Source: Picochlorum sp. SENEW3
Lineage: Eukaryota
Length of the DNA stretch: 64,000 nt
Assembly: GCA_034226945.1 (NCBI GenBank)
Contig: CP120459.1
Location: 682,001-746,000 of the forward strand
Direction of reading: 5' to 3'
A program made the translations under genes and the position numbers. The notes below the pieces were generated by a model that made no database searches, was not told where the DNA came from, and was given only the letters and a program-made list of their open reading frames with translations. Every line of letters starts with the position of its first letter. The stretch's first letter is position 1. Below, piece after piece: positions 1 through 12,162 of the stretch.

Positions 1-182
1 TGGAACGAAAAGCTTGTCAGCAAGGTTTTGAAATCTCAGCCGTCGAAATCGCCAATATTCTGCATGGAGTTGGCAGGGACAAGTCCTTCAAGAATAGCAT
101 GGGACTGTTTTGGGGCAGCATGAAGAAGTATGACTATATCGATGTCCTTACAATTGCTCATAATTTATTTGAATTGAAATGA
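1..182 (+). CDS. 3' end of a gene entering the window; possibly a RecQ4-like helicase C-terminus
   Basis: Frame 3 is open from the edge to TGA at 180-182 and reads ...AVEIANILHGVG...FWGSMKKYDYIDVL..., reminiscent of the RECQL4 C-terminal 'ARILHGIG...W' region. Fragment only. Confidence 0.4.
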   Translation, partial: ERKACQQGFEISAVEIANILHGVGRDKSFKNSMGLFWGSMKKYDYIDVLTIAHNLFELK

Positions 183-228
183 ATCAATATTCATGTGGAC
201 CTGTACAAAGTTGAATACAAGTATCAAA

Positions 229-2173
229 TCATTTATCAAAAAGCTTTGCAAATGGCCTTTTCTCTACAGTTATCTCTTCCTGAGCATCAGTTTTTGCTGC
301 ATTGTCATTGTCAATCATTCCCATCCATTTTGAATTACTCAATCCATCTAGGAACGAGAGGATCGATGTTGTTGGATGAATAACGTCTAGTGCAGAGAGG
401 TTACACTCCTCTTTCAAGGTCCCAGTGCCCTCTTTTCCTTGTTCCCTTTGTTTGCTATTATTACCAGGTGACTCTGTTGGGTAACAAGAGTCGAATATTC
501 CCTTCAGAGTTCGAATGGGAGAGCTATCAGCAGCATCAAACCGATGAAACTCGCTAGGCAACTTGAAAGACGAAGGTGGTGAAAGTGAAGCAATATTGAG
601 ATGCAAATCTTCCTGCATATTTGATTGTGGTGTCGATGCTGGGGGCATCTTCTGAGGACTGCTCAAATTCTCTGGCGTAGTTGTCTTTAGTGCCTCAGCG
701 ATCGAAAGTCGCACTTTAGGGTCTTGATTTTGCAAGGCTTCAAGCAGTGATTCTTCCTTTTTGTCCGCAATGGACCAGGAAGGATCAAATGCTGGATGTT
801 TCTTAATGGACACCTGAGATGACCCTCTGGCAGGAAGATGAGATGGACAATACTTTCCTTGCATCAGGTTGTAGTTTTGAATCTGCTGCATTGCACCAGC
901 ATATTGCATCCAGCCGTTTTTCAAAATCTTTCCTGGTGGTACCTCATTTGGCAGGCCATTAGAGACCCTCTTCTTCTGCCTTTTTGCTTTCTTCTCCTTC
1001 TCCACCGGCTGTGATCCTAGGAGTCTATTCAGGCCTATTGGAATTCTTTTCTGTTCTACAAATTCAAAGACGTTGTTGCCACCTGGTCGCTGTTTTGGTG
1101 AACTGTCAATAGGTGATGGTGGTTTCAACTTTGATATCGGGCTAAATACAGGCAAGCTGTCAGAATTCAAAATATCCATCAGCGATTTCCTCCCATCCTC
1201 CTCGGGACTCGCCCTTGACTTCTTCTCAATATGATTCGTATGGATAACAGCAGTCGCTGGTATAGAGGTTGGAGCATATGATTCCCAAACATACCCTAAT
1301 GTTGATGGTGAAGAGATTTGCAAAGCAAACATTAAATCCACCAGCTACAGGCAAAGAAAGAGGAAATAAGTTCATCTACAGGATATCTGTATAAGACTAT
1401 ACAAAGAACGCACCGTGAGCTCTCTATCACGAATGGGGTCACCCCAGCTAAGTGGCTTTAGGGCCACAGGCCCCCCTTCAGGTGCCTTCAACCTGACACC
1501 ACCTTTTCCCAGATGGCGCAAAGCCACGTCCCAAGAATTACGAAGCTGATCTATGATACCAACAATCTTTTGAGAAGGATTAAAGCTCAATCTCGGACAT
1601 GGATCGCATCCAGAAGAAGCTATACTATTTGCAAGATTCTCATCAAATGGCACCAGCAAAATTTCGACACGTTGCGCAGCATACAGATTGGCCATGGCAT
1701 CTGCAGGCTCCTTGACATGATGACTTTCACTTCCTATTTGCTGTGGATTCGATTTACTTGTTTCTACAGGAGGTGATACTATCCTGTCAACACCGGACAA
1801 CTCCTCAACAGAATCCTGTTTCTTTTGAGTCCTCTTTGGGGCAACAAATGTATCGTAAAATTTTATCAGGATACTGTGCATCTTTCTGTTTGTCATACCG
1901 CACGTTTCTTTACCCTTAACTAGCCATTGGAATGTTTTCTGGTAAAAGGCACAAACTTGCTCGACCGTCTTAGAGCCAAGGGTGCTCGAGATGTCTCGAC
2001 AACAGTCCTCAACCGATCGATCACCAGCCACACGAAGATATTCATAGAAATATCTTTCCTCTGATACTTTCCACGCTCCTTTGGGACCACCTGCACAAAT
2101 GCAACACACACGTCAGGAGACTCATGGATGTTCCAGTCTTTCACTGCCTACACGTACCGCCTGTACTCGCCAT
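229..2173 (-). CDS. TSL-kinase interacting protein 1 / Cramped-like SANT-domain chromatin protein
   Basis: SANT-like segment 'WKVSEERYF...LGSKTVEQVCAFY' and TKI1-like block 'VEILLVPFDE...QKIVGIIDQLRNSW'. A GTGCGT..TAG intron (1413-1345) joins the two ORFs as RELT|LVDLM...LGYVW. Short first exon from ATG 2173. Confidence 0.65.
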
Positions 2174-2521
2174 AACCCCTCCTCTTAATTGACTAATAAA
2201 ATCATATATTTAATAAGAGAACATAAATTGATATCCCTTTCGATTCAGATACAACGAGGAAAATTTGGAAATTTCAAATTTTTGCGTCGAATTCTGATGT
2301 CTATATGCGAAAAGTAATGCTAGAACATTTCATAATCAATGATATATATATGTTTATGTAAATATATACATATTGTACGCATGCAATCTTGCCCACAAGA
2401 AGCAAAATAACCCAACATTGGACACGTCCTATTTATGAAAAAGCTAGGCATGGATCCTAGACCCAAAGGATCTCGATGACAAGGTGTTGTTACAAGAGAG
2501 ATCAAAGTAGTATGCTGTATT

Positions 2522-3624
2522 TTACGATGAAGCTGGGGCTGCCTCTTTCTTCGCGGGCTCCTCTGGCTCCTGAACGACCACCTGTCTACTCTTTGCATCG
2601 AATCTAAGCTTGGACTTGCACTCGGAGCATTCCACAATGTTGGCATCCCTGTTTCCTGACACAGTGAATATGTCTCCAAAGTAGGCTACATTCTCAGTAC
2701 CACAGTTTGGGCATTGGGCTTTCAACACGAGTGCATCCCTGAAGACCAAATTGGTAATGGCATTTGACAAGACATACACAGCAGGGAGAATGACTCCCCA
2801 GACAACAATGATGCCAAATGGCTCTGGCAGTTCCATCAGCTGTGTCACCTCGAAGCCAGTCAAATCGTCAATGCTGAAAAGGGCTGCTAATACCGTGACT
2901 GCAGCCGGGGCATTCAAACTTAACATTCTCAGGTAGTCCACATTGGCATCAGAATACATTTTCCTAGACCGAATGCTGCAACGAGCTCCTTGGAATGTCA
3001 CAGCACTTCCCTCTTGTCGCAAAGCATTCTTCAGTTCATCGAATTCCTCATTTGATATGATTGGCTTTCCAGCATTGTACGCCATTGTCGCCTCCAAGAA
3101 CCTCTTCTCATTTGAAGAGAGAACTGCAACCTTGCTTCCACTCCAAAGCAACTCATCTTTCAGCAAGTCGAACTCTTCGTCCGAAATTGAGGGCGTCCCA
3201 TCATAGTAAAAGGCCTGTATACGGAACATCAAAGAGATAAATTGTAAATCAAGAGCATTAAACAAGGCGTGACACGTACAGAGAGTGCTTCCAAGAAAGC
3301 CTGCTCCTTCTCCCCCAGCGTCATCTGACTCACTGGTTTACCCCCTTCCATATCAATACTACAATAATCATTGATATTAGCACCGCATCCCTCTGCAATA
3401 TACAATACCACCGGGTGAACTCATTGGTACGCTGAGCAGGGGCTCGCACTGCCTGACGCTCAATTCAGCGTGTTTTAAGGTTTCTTTGCGATGTTCATAC
3501 CTGAATCCTCATTTGCTTTCACTCTGAATCTGTTCGAGGCTGTGCATGGCCTCTGAACGAGACGGGGGCAAGCGTTCCTTACGCCCAAACTCACAACACC
3601 CTGGACTTTGTTCACAGCGTACAT
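2522..3624 (-). CDS. PGRL1: PGR5-like protein 1 (cyclic electron flow), plastid-targeted
   Basis: Motifs 'MTLGEKEQAFLEAL', 'EEFDLLKDELLWSGS', 'RCSIRS', two TM helices and CPNCG/CSEC pairs. Transit-peptide exon MYAVNKVQ... from ATG 3624; multi-exon. Confidence 0.93.
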
Positions 3625-3787
3625 GTCTCTTTGATAGATTTATTAAAAAGTATCAAATCAATTTCCAATCATCCCAGACCCTCCCGACTGCTAGATATAC
3701 AGGGGATGAATCCCTTGGAGAGGATTCGAACGCATCATCTCGATCGATATCTAATGTTCTATTCAAGACATCCTAGACAACTTTGAA

Positions 3788-4712
3788 ATGAAAAGAGCTC
3801 GGGGTCTGACGACGACAGGTGATTGAGAAAACAGTTTATTACCTTGAGAGAAAGGAATAGATGTAATGTTCTTCTCGATCGATGTCGAATGTGTCGCTGT
3901 AGGTACAGACCACAATGCAAGAAGCGTGGCACAAATTTCCTTGGTGGTACGTTGACGGATGAAGTTACACTCATTATCATGCGAAATAATCTTCTTCATA
4001 TATTTTCAATACAGAATCAGTTTGAGCAAGTGCTTCTGAATTTGTATGTGAGGCAAGAGGCTCACGTGGTGTCGTATCTCACCCCCCTTACTGGGTACGT
4101 TGCCATGCATGGTCTGACATTCCACATGTGTCCCGTGTATTGACTGCTGGTGATGATGTAGGTTATCAAAAGAAATTCTCGATACCCAGGGGATTCCTTT
4201 GTCTCATGCTCTTCATCTCCTGAGAACAATGCTCCCAAAGGATGCTATTCTTGTGGGACAGAATATTTCCAAGGATGTGGAATGGCTGGGGTTGAAATAT
4301 GGTCAGGATTTTCAGGAACTCAAAGATTTGACTGGCCTTTTCAGGGTCTTGAATCCAAAGTATAATTCGTATTCGGTATTTTCTCAGGATCACTTGGTGA
4401 AGACTCTGTTGAACTGGGATGTCTCTGGCAATCATGACGCAGTTGGGTATGTTTGTTAGTCCTCTTGTACTTTTGTGACCCGATTTTTACAATTTTTTTC
4501 TATTTTTCCTGCGTAGGGATGCGATAAAGTCGATACGATTATATCATTTGTACCTTCAATCTCAAAACCAGCCGGGGTTGTGGGACGAATTATGCCGGAA
4601 GCTCTTGGAGTCCACGCCCGAGCCCTCTTTTGCCAAACTGCATCCAACATATGAGGGTGTCTGCATGGGTAACAGAAAGACGTGCTCTTGTGGAGCTCCA
4701 TTCTTTGGATAA
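3788..4712 (+). CDS. DEDDh 3'-5' exonuclease (REX4/ISG20-like)
   Basis: Spliced reading gives ExoI 'FSIDVECVAVG', 'SYLTPLTG', ExoII 'ILVGQNISKD', ExoIII 'HDAVGD' and a Cys-rich end 'CSCGAPFFG*'. The start is approximate. Confidence 0.8.
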
Positions 4713-4768
4713 TACATATTATTGGTGTAACATCGATGTGCGAATAAATTAGGGCAATGTTTCTTTAG

Positions 4769-5627
4769 CTAATCGAAAACAATCTTCTTTCCTGCTGGCT
4801 TGTGTAAATGGATTGCTAGCATGTCCTTCGATTCCTTTTTCGCTGCCCATGATGGGTGCAGAGGAGCTTCAGCCGCTTTCTTCGTTTGATTTTTCTTTCT
4901 CTCTGAAGATTTATGCTTTGCATCCGTGCCATGCAATTTCTCCGCAAGCCTTTGCCGAGCCCTCTGTCCCATTCTATTTTTTGGCTTTTTTCTCTTGACC
5001 TTGTCCTGACTTTTAGGGATTGCATCTTTTGCAGAGGCTTTCACGGTCTTTTCCTCAACTCTTTGGAGATCATCTACCTGACTTTGTTTAGGCTTTAATG
5101 GCATGTTCTCCACCACAGGATTCATCTTGGCCTCCTGCAGTTTTTCCTTGATATCCCTCAAGCCTTGCACATGATCAACTACAACCTGAGAACCTGCGAC
5201 CCTGATGGAATCTTCATCTAACTCTTCTTCTTGTGGACCATCTGCACACAAAAAGCTCCAAACTTTTGCAACGTCGATATTTTTCGTCCGATTCAATTTG
5301 TCTTCCAGGGGAGGAACATGGGTTGGTTGAGAGTCCTTTGCCTTCTTCAGGCTCTTTACTACTTTCCAAATTTCTGCCTCCTTACTTTTCTTGATTGCCT
5401 GTACAATGATGAAATTCTAATCATTGATCTATCATGCTCAGATAGAGCCAAACGAGCCATACCCTTTTGAGTTGAACCTTGCATGCGTGAAGTTTTTTCC
5501 CGTAGTATTCTTCCCTGTAATCGGATTAAATGCCATCAAAAGTATTTCTGAACCAAAAGAAAATGAAACAGCCACCATACCCTTTGGTTGAGCTTCTTTT
5601 GCGGGCTTTAGGACGAGAGTTTCCCAT
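4769..5627 (-). CDS. BUD22/SRFBP1-like ribosome biogenesis protein
   Basis: C-terminal signature 'KNRMGQRARQ...LHPSWAAKK...GKKIVFD'; basic first exon from ATG 5627. Confidence 0.8.
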
Positions 5628-5830
5628 GCCGTCTTTACATGTGGTTTGACATTTTGTACACGTTAAGTTGCTGATCGTAAGATATATATAGTATAAAATT
5701 ACATACTTGGTTTACATTCGCACAGTAGTGTAGATGTCAAAATCCATGCAAAGACCAAATGTCGAGGAAAAAAGAGTGCCTATGCATCATTTCAGATCTG
5801 ATCAATGGTAAAGGCAAGTGAAGCTGCAGT

Positions 5831-7126
5831 TCAAAGAAGGCACAAATCAAGCACCTCATCGAACACATCTTCAGAGACTGAAGCACATTTGAGAAGTTTG
5901 AGTACCCAATCTTCGTCAAGCATGTCATAGTCTTCTTTTCTCTTCATCAGCATGTGACCAGATATTTCAAAAACTGCTGGATCCACCTGAGAATCCAACA
6001 CGTCCTGTGGCAGTTCGTTCCTTGCTTTTCTCTGCGAGAAGTAATTTGGAACCAAAAAAACTCTTGCACCTCTGTCCACAATGAGCATGTTGTGAGGAAT
6101 ATTTTTCACAGCAAGTCGCTGACACAGGCCTCCAATCAAATTTGCCATATCAGTTGGATCACCTCCTGATTCAAATACGAGACCATCCACTGGATAATCA
6201 ACCAATTTTTCGATACGAATAGAGGAGTGACCAACTTTCTTCTTTGAAACGAATGTGGTTTTTGCGCGCTCCAGAGGCATTGCTGCTGACAAGTAGTATG
6301 CTTGGAAATGAAGATGGTTGATTGTTGCATATGCGCCCAGCGAGTTATATCCAATCCTGAAATATGGATTATTTGCTTCCTGAGCAAATTGAAGTGCCAG
6401 CAGGAGTGTGTCAGGTGTCACAAGCTGTGGCAAATTATCCAACACTCGTGGAACGAGGAGGACATGGCCATACTCTATTGGTGAGACATTAATCACAACC
6501 AGATTTGGAGAACCTGAAACAACGAAAGCTTCCTCAAACTCTCCCCCACGTCCGTGTTGACTTTCTTCGAATGCAAACAGAACTTCTTTCTGCATTGCCT
6601 TGCAGAAATTGAATTTGCAGTCATCAAATGGCTGGTCCACCTTGTCCACGCGAAATTCTGTTGGCCTCTTCTTAGAAGCTCTGCCTTCGTTCAGCTGAGC
6701 AATAAACCCATATGATCCTTCAATTGTGTGCGTTGGGCACGCTGTCACATCGTATCTGAATAATCCTTCTTCCGCCTTGCATTCCCACTCTGCCAGGATC
6801 AAGGTGTCCAACAAGCTCTTCTGAGGGACAACCTGTCCACTGGACTCTGAGCTGTGCTCGTCAGTAGAATCTCCCACGTGTGAGGAGATTACCTCGGATT
6901 CATTGTCAACATCTGGGACAACCATATCGGTAAAGCTTCCGAAAGACCTGATTTTGTGAATGGCATTCACTTTTGGAGCAAAATTGTACAAATGCACCGT
7001 GGCTCCCAAAATCTGCCTGATTGGCTTCTCGGACGAATCAAGTTTCTCCTCATGTTTGCTCTGATCATCATCCTGTAACTGAGTCAGAGAATACACAGTC
7101 TGTGATTTCACAATGGAGAGTGTCAT
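5831..7126 (-). CDS. VTC2: GDP-L-galactose phosphorylase (ascorbate biosynthesis)
   Basis: Motifs 'GLFRYDVTAC', 'QLNEGRASKKRPTEFRVDKV', 'INVSPIEYGHVLL' and the HIT-like 'ATINHLHFQ'. First ATG is at 7126 (MTLSIVKSQTV); the CDS has no introns. Confidence 0.96.
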   Translation of the reverse strand: MTLSIVKSQTVYSLTQLQDDDQSKHEEKLDSSEKPIRQILGATVHLYNFAPKVNAIHKIRSFGSFTDMVVPDVDNESEVISSHVGDSTDEHSSESSGQVVPQKSLLDTLILAEWECKAEEGLFRYDVTACPTHTIEGSYGFIAQLNEGRASKKRPTEFRVDKVDQPFDDCKFNFCKAMQKEVLFAFEESQHGRGGEFEEAFVVSGSPNLVVINVSPIEYGHVLLVPRVLDNLPQLVTPDTLLLALQFAQEANNPYFRIGYNSLGAYATINHLHFQAYYLSAAMPLERAKTTFVSKKKVGHSSIRIEKLVDYPVDGLVFESGGDPTDMANLIGGLCQRLAVKNIPHNMLIVDRGARVFLVPNYFSQRKARNELPQDVLDSQVDPAVFEISGHMLMKRKEDYDMLDEDWVLKLLKCASVSEDVFDEVLDLCLL

Positions 7127-7337
7127 TTTTCTCTCTTGTCTCCTCAACTGTTGTAATCCACCTTTTGACCTTATTGCTAGCCTTATTTTCGATTATGGCC
7201 AAAAAATTTATGTACGATTCCTCACGATACTATCTGAAAGATTTATTTAATGTATGTATCCTTTAAAGGATTTGCTATGAGAATTCCTAATACTTGGCTC
7301 ACCAAGAGTCTATTCGAGCTGTTTGCTACTAGCAAGT

Positions 7338-7543
7338 CTACTTGTTTCCTCCACCAGACTGGCGCAAAATATCCTGGAAATACGTCAAAAACGAGATTAG
7401 GCAAAGATCTAGATCCAAGCCAGGGCGTAACGTTCAAACATAAACGAGAGGCTTTCAACACCACATGCAGCAGCACGCACCGAAGGGCTTCCCCCCAAAG
7501 ACACAGGACAACCTCTACCACCAGAATTATGTAAATTAATCAT
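7338..7543 (-). promoter_or_regulatory. Conserved-peptide uORF of VTC2, split by a 107-nt intron (32 aa: MINLHNSGGRGCPVSLGGSPS|DILRQSGGGNK)
   Basis: Exon 7543-7481, intron GTGCGT...TTTCCAG 7480-7374, exon 7373-7338 ending in TAG. The spliced peptide aligns with the land-plant GGP uORF motif HGGRGALPSEGGSPSDLLFLAGGG (recalled). Confidence 0.85.
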
Positions 7544-7858
7544 CTATAAGTATTTCTAACACCAATGTACTATGTATCTTGTTTCGATCGCAATATTCTC
7601 TTTTGATTCTGAAGTGAAGTCTCGGACTCTACCACGTTACGTATACGAGCTGAATGAACGCTCACTGAGTTGTATTCCAAAGTCAACAGTAAGAATCAAA
7701 TTTCTACCGGACCACTGCGCGGCATTGACGCATGTATATGCCACGTGAAATGGCGTTAATGCAACGCGTGTGGGCATCTTCAATCCCGAGAGATGGTACC
7801 ATCAATACTGATGTCCAATGGGGCACATACGCCTTGTAGATCCGTGGCTGAAATTACA

Positions 7859-9187
7859 TTACAGTGGCGGACTTCTCAAGTCAAACACTCGACATACGCA
7901 ATCTTCTCCTCCAGTCAAGATCTGATTGCCATCTGGTGACAAGGCCATATTCTGGATAGGATCAGTGTGTCCTCTGAACTCATACACACAAGACCCTGAC
8001 CTTGCATCCCAGCAGCGTACTATTCCATCGAGGCAGCTCGATACAATCATATGATTTGATGGATGCGCTAATACTTTGGTAACTCCATCGGGATGCTGGC
8101 ATTCCACGCGTACACTGAGTGTGGCCATATCCCACACGACCAGATTCCCATCCATACCAGCACTTGCTGCCAGGGAGTTGTCTGCCAGATAAATAATGCT
8201 TTCTATGCTCGTTCCATCAGCGTGCTTATCCAAAGACCCTAATACTTTCCCTCCCTCGAGGGATACTAATTTAACAGTCCCTGCTTCTGCTCCAGAGAGA
8301 GCAGTTTGGCCATTGGGATGCATTCCCATGCATGTGAGACCAGTGGCATGGAAATGTGCCCCCTCAACACACGTGATAGCCTGGCCTGACTTTGGATCCC
8401 ATACACGGAGAGATGCGTCTCCCTCTCCTCCCCCCGTGACGACCAATTTCCCATCAGGGGTAAAAGAGCCACACGTAACTGACCCTGCATGCCCAGAGAA
8501 GGTCATCATGAATTCCCCATTTTGGGCCGACCACATCCATGCCGTGAAATCAGAAGAGCCAGCAAGAACTATACTTCCTCTAGGATGCCATTGAACCCAC
8601 TCGACAGATTCAGATGGCCCATCAAGGGTATGCAGGCAGCTGCCATGTTTGACATCCCAGATTTTGACGCAACCATCCATGGCCCCACTGGCCAGCAAAC
8701 TGCCATCGTGATTAAAGTCCATCGACGTGATTGTATCCTTATGTCCTTTTAGTTCAAAGACATCCCCTTGATTTTCCATAAAAGCATCTTCGCCTACCCT
8801 CCAAATGAATCCTACATCGTCTCCCCCACCTGAGGCCACCGTGTCAGGTGAAACTCTGCTCCAGGCCACAGCATATACGGCTTCACTATGCCCTTGAAAT
8901 GCATGTATTGAATCATCCACATAATCACTATCCATCATCATATCCATATCTCCTTCATACTCTTCCACAACCTCGCCTGCGTCTCCTGCGCACATGCAAC
9001 TCAGCGTTGGGGTATATTCTTCACATGAAATAGACCAGGAACGAAAACCCATCACCAATTATGTTACAATACCTTGATTTCCATCCAAATCAGCCACAAC
9101 AGTCCCACCAACAACTTCTCCATTTTCAATAGCCACGTAATCTTGTTCGTCACCAGAAGCACCTCCCAGATCGGTAGATTCCTCCAT
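7859..9187 (-). CDS. WD40 protein, AAMP/Sqt1-like (uL16 chaperone)
   Basis: Acidic N-terminus, then 'DDSIHAFQGHSEAVYAV', 'ASGGGDD', 'WHPRGSIVLAGS', and about 8 WD repeats. First exon from ATG 9187. Confidence 0.85.
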
Positions 9188-9445
9188 ATCTGCAGAGAAA
9201 ATCATATATAAACACTTGTTGTTTAAGTTTTTTAATGCCTCATGACCTTGGATGCGTCATGGAAGTATTGCCATATTGCCATCTCTGATCAGAGTTCCCA
9301 TGAGAACGAGGACTCTTCAAATCAAGGGACACCTTTTTAATCCGACACACGCAAATCATTCAGAATATTTGAATTCCATGGATTTGTGTATCCAAATACC
9401 ATGAAGGAGAGGGGGAGCGATCGCGGTTGAGTTGAACGCTTGAAC

Positions 9446-11925
9446 ATGTACAGCATAATTGTCATTGGGAGCTTACTTCTTTTTGTGGTGTCTGAGAAGT
9501 CATTCATACATTTCTCGTACGTACATATGGGTTGAATATGGTCTTGTATGGTTAGGTATACGTACGATACAGCCTGCTGAATTCGATGTGTCATCGCGTG
9601 CAGGCGGACAGCAAGAAGGGCCTTTTGGTATGTGCTGAGCTGTGCTATTTTCTTATGGGTCGTCAAATGGCTCCAGGAGCTGGAGGGGCTCGGCATGGCT
9701 TGGATTATGCTTACAGCGGTGCGTTGACGGGACTTTTCGGAACTGTGTCCACTTTGTTTCCAGGACTGTGTTGGTTGATACTCCTTGAGGAACGGCACAT
9801 ATGCGACCTGCAGGTTATCGCTGCATCTGTTGTTGAGGATGAATATCTTAAAAAGACTGGATTGACTCCAATGGATATCGAGGCGACACGCGTTGTCAGG
9901 CAAAAGTATCGCAGTCCTTCTGGCCAAGGGCATTCGGAAAGGATTATGGATATTGTCAATGCAATCACCAGGGTGCGCATCTTTTTCCTATGTGTCAGCA
10001 TTTATGCTGTGATACGATTTTCATGACGACTTATGGAGATGTGCAGGGGAAAGGATACACTGCAGGGACCAAGCAGCTTGTTTCCAGGGTATCTGGTGCC
10101 ACCAGGAAACTCCAGAAAGGGCTGCATAGGATTATTCAGTCCGTTGGGAAGGAGGAATTAAATTTTATTTTATGTTCTATTAATGTTCCTGCCATGATTG
10201 AGGTTGCTCACACCAAGACCATAAAATTGCTTGTTGGGACAAGGTTGAAAGATCTGGAAACTGTGTCCAGGGCAGCTATTGTTGATGGTCTGCAAAAGAT
10301 TGGATTGAGATATAGGCACCAACGGCAAGAATGGGCGAAACAGGTTATATTACAGACATACGGGGTACATCTGACATTATTTAAAGCATATATTGATGAC
10401 GGTGGTGATTATCATTCAATGTACAAACTCCTGTACAATGACCTCCAGGGAGAAGTTCACAAAGAAGTTTTGAAGCATATTCACGTGCAAGCGGAAGCAG
10501 CAATGGAAGCCTTTCATCAAATTGATCAGAGTGGATCGAAAACTCCTGGGATAGTGTTGAAAATTTTGAGTGATGTAGATGACACTGTTTTTTCATCTGG
10601 AGGCTCATTCCCGGCAGGGCTTGACTCGCGATACCCAAGGTGCGATTGAATGAACCTAGTAGCCATAGAGTTATATGTATAGATTACTATCCACTGATTT
10701 GTACGTGATATACATGTGCAGAAAGTCATATTATCCAGGTGCATTGGCCCTGTACGCTGCTATGGACAGACACTTTGCAAAGAAACATCATGCAAGCTTG
10801 GAAACATTGAAATCTCTTGCATCAGGGGATTCGCCTACAAAGTCCAGAGTACCGTCAAACATTCAGAAACTTCATCCCGCGAACCTGCCAAAATTGAAGA
10901 CAAGCACACCTTTGAAGATACCTTCACTTCAGGTGTCTAATAAGAGTGACGAGTCACAATCGCCACTTCCAGGCACTTCTCCAGAATTTTACATTCTGGG
11001 TGATTTGATGACGCCCAGAGACACGGTTAACTTTTCGGCATTTTCTGGACTGAACAGATCTCACAGTGGAGCAACATCAAATAGGAAAAACAGTCCTCAC
11101 CAGGAGGGTTCTAATTTAGTCTTATTATCTGCTAGGCCAGAAAGTTATAAAGGACTGACAGAAAGTGAAAGCTATAGAAAGTATTTCCAGCCATTAGTTG
11201 AGCGCGGAGATTTGGATACTTCTCCAACAATGCTTCTTGGGTCATTGGATTCAGGCCCTCGAGCACTATTGAAGTTATTTTTCGGAAGCTCGAGCGACCC
11301 TGAACATCTCAAATCAAAAACTGCAACAGACGCATTGTATCAGACACTCGCTGCTAAGAAATTGAGTAGATTTAACGAATATGCAGCTTTGTATCCTGAA
11401 GCTGCCTATGTATATGTAGGAGACAATGGACAAGGAGATGTTCTTTGTGCTGAAGCATTGGCCAACGATATAGTATCGAATCCTAGGATTATCGCCAGCT
11501 TTATTCACAAAGTTGCACCAACAATGTCAACCCTATCCATGTTTCGGAAAGAAGAGAATAGACCTGAAGACATTGTTCGCTCATGGAAGATGAGAGGGAT
11601 ACATCTCCATCAAACGCACCTTGGCATGGCGAAAGCCGCACTTGATCTGGATCTGATTAGTATCGATGACGTAAGGAAGATAGGGATGTCCGCTGTATGT
11701 GAATTTGAAAGGATTTCAAGCAGGTACAGTGGCAGGCATGCAGGAAGGCACTTACCAAAAGCTGCAAAGGATCTGAACTCTGACATTGATAGTATCAATT
11801 CTTCACTTGCAGAAGCTGATAGGATCCCTTACGTCAAAACAACCTCTGGAGAGGAAGCACAAACTTTTCCAGGCGACATGGTTTCCAAGCAGTCTTCCAT
11901 GGAACATGACGTTATTTTAGAATAA
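9446..11925 (+). CDS. Membrane protein with an App1-type HAD phosphatidate-phosphatase-like domain
   Basis: Four exons. Hydrophobic N-terminal segments, then DxDxT 'ILSDVDDTV', 'LLSARP' and 'YVGDNGQGD'. Confidence 0.65.
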
Positions 11926-12162
11926 GTCCATTACGCATTCTGATTCCCTCATCGTGGTACAATATTTTGCAAATAGCACCTAAATGATATTATTGGTGTA
12001 ATTTTGAACTCACAAGCGAGCAATGAGAATGAATATGGCTTGAAACGGAGCCCGCACTGTTCTAAGTGTCAGTTTTGTTGCACCTTTTTTCGGGAGAGAT
12101 GGCGAGTTTTGCTTTGCATGCGCGATTTATAGATTATAACTAGATGTTATACTGGAATTGAG

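Noticed and set aside
1345..1413. ATATCCTG at 1386-1379 (minus strand) resembling a U12 AT-AC donor in the TKI1-like gene
   Set aside because: It lies inside an ordinary 69-nt GTGCGT...TAG intron that already restores the frame and the family motif.
7243..7534. ORF-track entries 7243..7521(-) and 7250..7534(+) in the VTC2 leader
   Set aside because: They are the wrong frame or strand and show no recognisable similarity; the spliced uORF explains the region.
7740..7747. G-box (CACGTG) about 200 nt upstream of the VTC2 uORF
   Set aside because: A single hexamer is expected by chance, and it also lies in the probable 3' UTR of the WD40 gene.
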